Origin: Bugula neritina
Taxonomy: Eukaryota; Animalia; Bryozoa
Assembly: GCA_964035545.1 (NCBI GenBank)
Contig: OZ037767.1
Span: forward strand, 21,158,628 to 21,222,627
Length of the DNA: 64,000 nucleotides
Reading direction: 5' to 3'
The notes under the pieces were generated by a model. The model searched no databases and was not told where the DNA came from. It saw only the letters and a list, made by a program, of their open reading frames with translations. Shown one piece after another: positions 59,759-64,000 of the stretch. How positions within the stretch are numbered: the stretch's first letter is position 1; every line of letters starts with the position of its first letter. A program made the position numbers and the translations under genes.

Positions 59759-61584
59759 TTCATAACTACCTGCAAGTGCACTGGCATAATACACTTACTA
59801 AAAATGAAAATGATTGAAAACTTAATTTAATATCATGCTAATATCTAGCAGAGCTGAATTGAAATACCAGCAAATCAAGACAATTTTTAGCCAAGTCAAG
59901 CTATGATTAATGAATAATATGCTAGCGACTGAGTTGACTGAAGACAATTTGAAATGGTATAAATATAGACTTAATGTAAATTACTATTAGTAAATAATTA
60001 AATAGTTTCAAATAGTAAAACTAAAAGTAAATGTAATAGACATCCACATAATAATGATTATAACCATAATAAGCATGTTTTAATAAATAAATAAATAATT
60101 AATAATATTAATAATAATCATAATGGATAATAACTATTTCAAATTTTGCTTTCAAATTTTATCATAATTATAAACTAAAGTAAATGAGTGACTGTCAGTA
60201 AACATCAAACATGGTCATCAATAATAAAGATAATATTAATAATAATAACAATATATTTGTGATTATAATCAATCATTATGATTATATCTACATCTCGATG
60301 GGCAAACTGTACTTATTATGATTGTTTTATATTCATGGTTATACTCATATAGTAATAATAATATTCATACCGATACTTTGAGTTTGACTTTCAAGTAAAA
60401 CTAAAGAGTAAATACTATTAGAGTATTACTATTAGTATTGCCTATTCGGCTATCCTATTGCCCAGTATTGGTATTACTAAATGTAAAACTTAAACTAAAA
60501 CTAAAAGTAAAAGTAAAATCTAAAATACGGTTGGGTTCGAAAATCAATTTGACAATTTTAGCAAGGTAACTTTAATTTAAAAAAGTGCTACAGTCAACGA
60601 AACCGACTCGGCATTGCAAACCACTTACACTTGGTGGTAGACTTCCTTGTTTTATAACTATAAGTTTAGTTGTTCGTCACTTCATATAACTTATAAGTCA
60701 GTAGAAACTCAAACTGAAACTGCATCAACCAATCCCTTTTCTACCGTTTCACAGCAAGAACGTTAAAAGCTGAAAGCGCTTTCTTTCTTTATCGTATAAT
60801 ATAAACTTAGCTACGATGTAAATGGTGGTTTTTTAATCACGCTTTGTCAGCTCCGCTATATCTCATTCTAAGTATTTCCGTCATCAATTTCCTCCCACTA
60901 ACAATATTATAAAATATAAACATTAGACTTTGTAGTAAATTTAATGTCTTAATCTTTACGCTGTGAAATGTTGTCAATATAACATAAGTAGTAATTTTTT
61001 TAACTGCAACATATGAGACTATGAAAAATAGTTTATTGACATTTAAAGCAACAATTTGACAAAACTCTGTGCTAGTTTTGCTGACAGTGACACTGAGTCT
61101 GATAGCACAAGCCGAAGGCTGATACTGGTATCACTATCAGTATTACTATAACTACCAGTATGTGTATCACTATGAAAATATGATTCATCAGTATCACTGT
61201 GACTATCATGAGTTATCACTAATTATTAATGACCGTGTAATCAGTATGGCATGGAATTTGATTATATTTGTAAATTTTAATTTAATCTGTCTGAAAAATG
61301 TAGGCCTAGTATTAGTTATGCCTTGTCCCTCTAGCAAAATGTTTTGTTTAATAATTTACTCAAAGTTAAACTTAACATGTATGAAAATTACTCTATTTTG
61401 TATGTATAACATTGGAGCAAGTAATAGAGTTGTGAACTGTTATTCATGTATCTGTGCATGAAACAAAGTTTTTATTTTAAATTTTTTCATCAATAAAAAT
61501 TGATCAATTTTGATTTGTGTTTTAGATTTACTACTCACACTTTTGATTTCAGCTTTCAAGTTATTCGAGTTTGACATTTTCATT

Positions 61585-64000
61585 ATGGCTACTGTTCTGG
61601 ACATCAAGCTAAAACGAGCTACTAAAGTGTACAAAGAAGGGGTAAGACTTATTATGATAGTTGAAATATAATAAATGCAATCCTACATTCATGCCTACTT
61701 ATCTTATAGCCAGTATTTACACTGAATTTTGTAACATGTTGTCATGTCTGTGATATGCAATAAATCAATCAATCAATCAACATTTTAGCTTGCTGCTACA
61801 ACGAGCTCTAGCCTACACACAAGCTCATTGTTTAACATATTCAGATGTTCAGCATTACAGTTTTAATTATTATTGGACCAAATACTGAGCTTATTTTATC
61901 TATAATAGGTTTAAATATAGGGAATTACTTTCTAATACAATGCTGAATACTAAAAAGACAATTCTTGATGTGATTTGCTCTATACCAGTTTTAAATCTGC
62001 CTCTTTATATTACACAATTCTACATAATGTATTCCTTGTATTAAAGCCGCAGATAATAACAATTTAATGTTATTTTAGATTGTTTGAAACCTACATGCAA
62101 ATGTCTAAAATATTGTTTAATGAAGAACCAAAATGTTACTCCAATATTTTAATTTGAGTTTCTATAGGTTTTGGCTTTCAAATGAAACTTGAAACCAGCT
62201 CTGTAGCTGGGCTGGTAGAAAACAATTAATTGCATGTTTTATGGTTTCAGGTAAAATCAGACTGTTTGGATGCGTTTATAGATGCACACAATGCAGCTTC
62301 TTCTATCTAGTAATCTAATAACTGATGTTGGTTTTCATAAACTCATGCTGTTTCAGAGTCAGTAAATTTTGAAGGTGTCTACTTTAGGAAGTTGTTGCCG
62401 GCACAGTTATCATAGAGAGCAAAGGAGAATGCTCACATCAGGGAGTTACCCTAACTGCAGACGGCTCGGTTAGTTTACAACTCAGCTCCAAGAGTGTTGG
62501 AGTGTTTGAAGCTTTCTACAATTCTGTCAAGGTACCTGCTATATTGTGTTACAGTACTTGATGCACTGTGTTAAAGCACCTGCTATACTGTGTTAAGGCA
62601 CCTGCGATAATGTTTCAAAGTGTCAACTTTGTGTCAAAAGTACTTGCTATACTGTGTTAAAGCGTATGCTATGCTGTATCAAATTACTTGCTCTATTTTA
62701 GTTAAATTTCTATTCTATAGATTTTGGTGTCAGTTTTATTTACTTATGAACAGATTGTTGACAACATAGCTTAAATATTAGTTGAAAAATTACCACTTTT
62801 TAAAAAATAGGTAATGAAATTTTTAATTCTTTGCTATAAAGAATCTACTCAGTAATATGAGTATTTGTTATTATGTTGAGCCAGCCAATATCTTGTCTTC
62901 TGGCTTCAGTTCTACTGTTCAGAAACTTGCAGTTGATATTTACTTTATTTGTGCAGCCAATACAGCTTCTTTCACAAGTCTTAGAAATTGCAAAGCCTGG
63001 TAAGTTTCCTTCCGGTAAAACAGAAATTCCATTCGAAATACCACTAAAGGCGAAAGGTAACAAGAAGCTCTACGAATCCTACCATGGAGTATACATCAGC
63101 ATACAGGTGAGTGTGTGTCAGTATACAAGTGAGTGTATATCAGTATACAGGTGAGTGTATATCAGTATATAGGTGAGTGTATATCAGTATATAGGTGAGA
63201 ATATATCAGTATACAGGTGAGTGTATATCAGTATATAGGTGAGTGTATATCAGTATATAGGTGAGAATATATTAGTATACATGTGAGTGTATATCAGCAT
63301 GCAGGTGAGTGTATATCAGCATGCAGGTGAGTGTATATCAGTGTACAGATGAGTGTATATTAGTATACAGGTGAGTGTACATCACTGCACACTTTTTGTA
63401 CTAGATTCTATACTTTAATTAAACTTTAGATGGATTAAAATTATATTTTCAATGATTTAGGAAAATATTCCCATGTTGCTCACAAATGAGTCTGAACTCA
63501 GATTTCAACACGTGTGTTATAGCTGCAAGCACATTGCATGTCGTGTCATATATTGTCTTTAGTACAGTTTAGTGGCTGACATGAAGCGAGGAATGCTGAG
63601 CAAAGATTTGCGCAAGGATTTGGAGTTTTTAGTCGACTTTAATCACGGCGACAAACTGAAACCACAACCCTTAGATTTTACCTTGACCCCAGAGAATCTA
63701 CAAAATGCTAAAAGCGTACGTGTCAGAATTCACTCACCATTTCACATATCTAATCATGGCCTTGATCAAGTTGACATGTTTATTGCTCCTGTAACTTACC
63801 TAATGGTCTTATGCAATAGCTTTTAGCTAACAATGTATTCTAGCTCATTAATATACATATTTAATTGTACCCTGTAGATCTGTATGACCTTTAGAGATGT
63901 TTGTGCGTATATTCTGTACTAGTAATTATTTCATGATGTAGTATGATTGTATATATAATGTGTTTACAGAAATCAAATATACCCAAGTTTAAGATAAATG
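61585..64000 (+). CDS. VPS26C: Retriever subunit VPS26C / DSCR3, 5' part (runs off window end)
   Basis: Exons 61585-61641, 62388-62531, 62957-63106, 63563-63715, 63970->64000. MATVLDIKLKRATKVYKEG, QLSSKSVGVFEAFYNSVKPIQ, KPGKFPSGKTEIPFE, LYESYHGV. Confidence 0.95.
63090..63382 (+). repeat. 22-bp minisatellite x13 spanning a VPS26C donor
   Basis: Unit ATCAGTATACAGGTGAGTGTAT, period 22. Confidence 0.95.

Overview
AT-rich, gene-dense eukaryotic (invertebrate animal, inferred) genomic DNA with short GT-AG introns. Exons were assembled by hand and checked for phase and open frame. Eight intron-containing genes: 5' part of a kinesin-3 KIF1A/unc-104 (-), TRMT10C/MRPP1-like (+), cyclin D (+), GTF3C1 (-, 34 coding exons, ~1818 aa), SIRT4 (+), mitofusin/Marf (+), ICMT (-) and the 5' part of VPS26C/DSCR3 (+). 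They form three head-to-head pairs and two tail-to-tail pairs. Also present: two LINE RT remnants, a tRNA-derived SINE, several MITE-like elements and many mini/microsatellites, which explain most long ORF-track entries. Most unusual signals: (1) many intronic minisatellites are built from the exon-intron junction itself and form arrays of decoy splice sites, and one 90-nt GTF3C1 intron consists entirely of duplicated junction sequence (candidate intron birth by tandem duplication); (2) kilobase 6-bp-periodic mosaic tracts in four promoter regions; (3) clustered miR-92-family seed matches in cyclin D; (4) a candidate 24-nt microexon in the kinesin K-loop.
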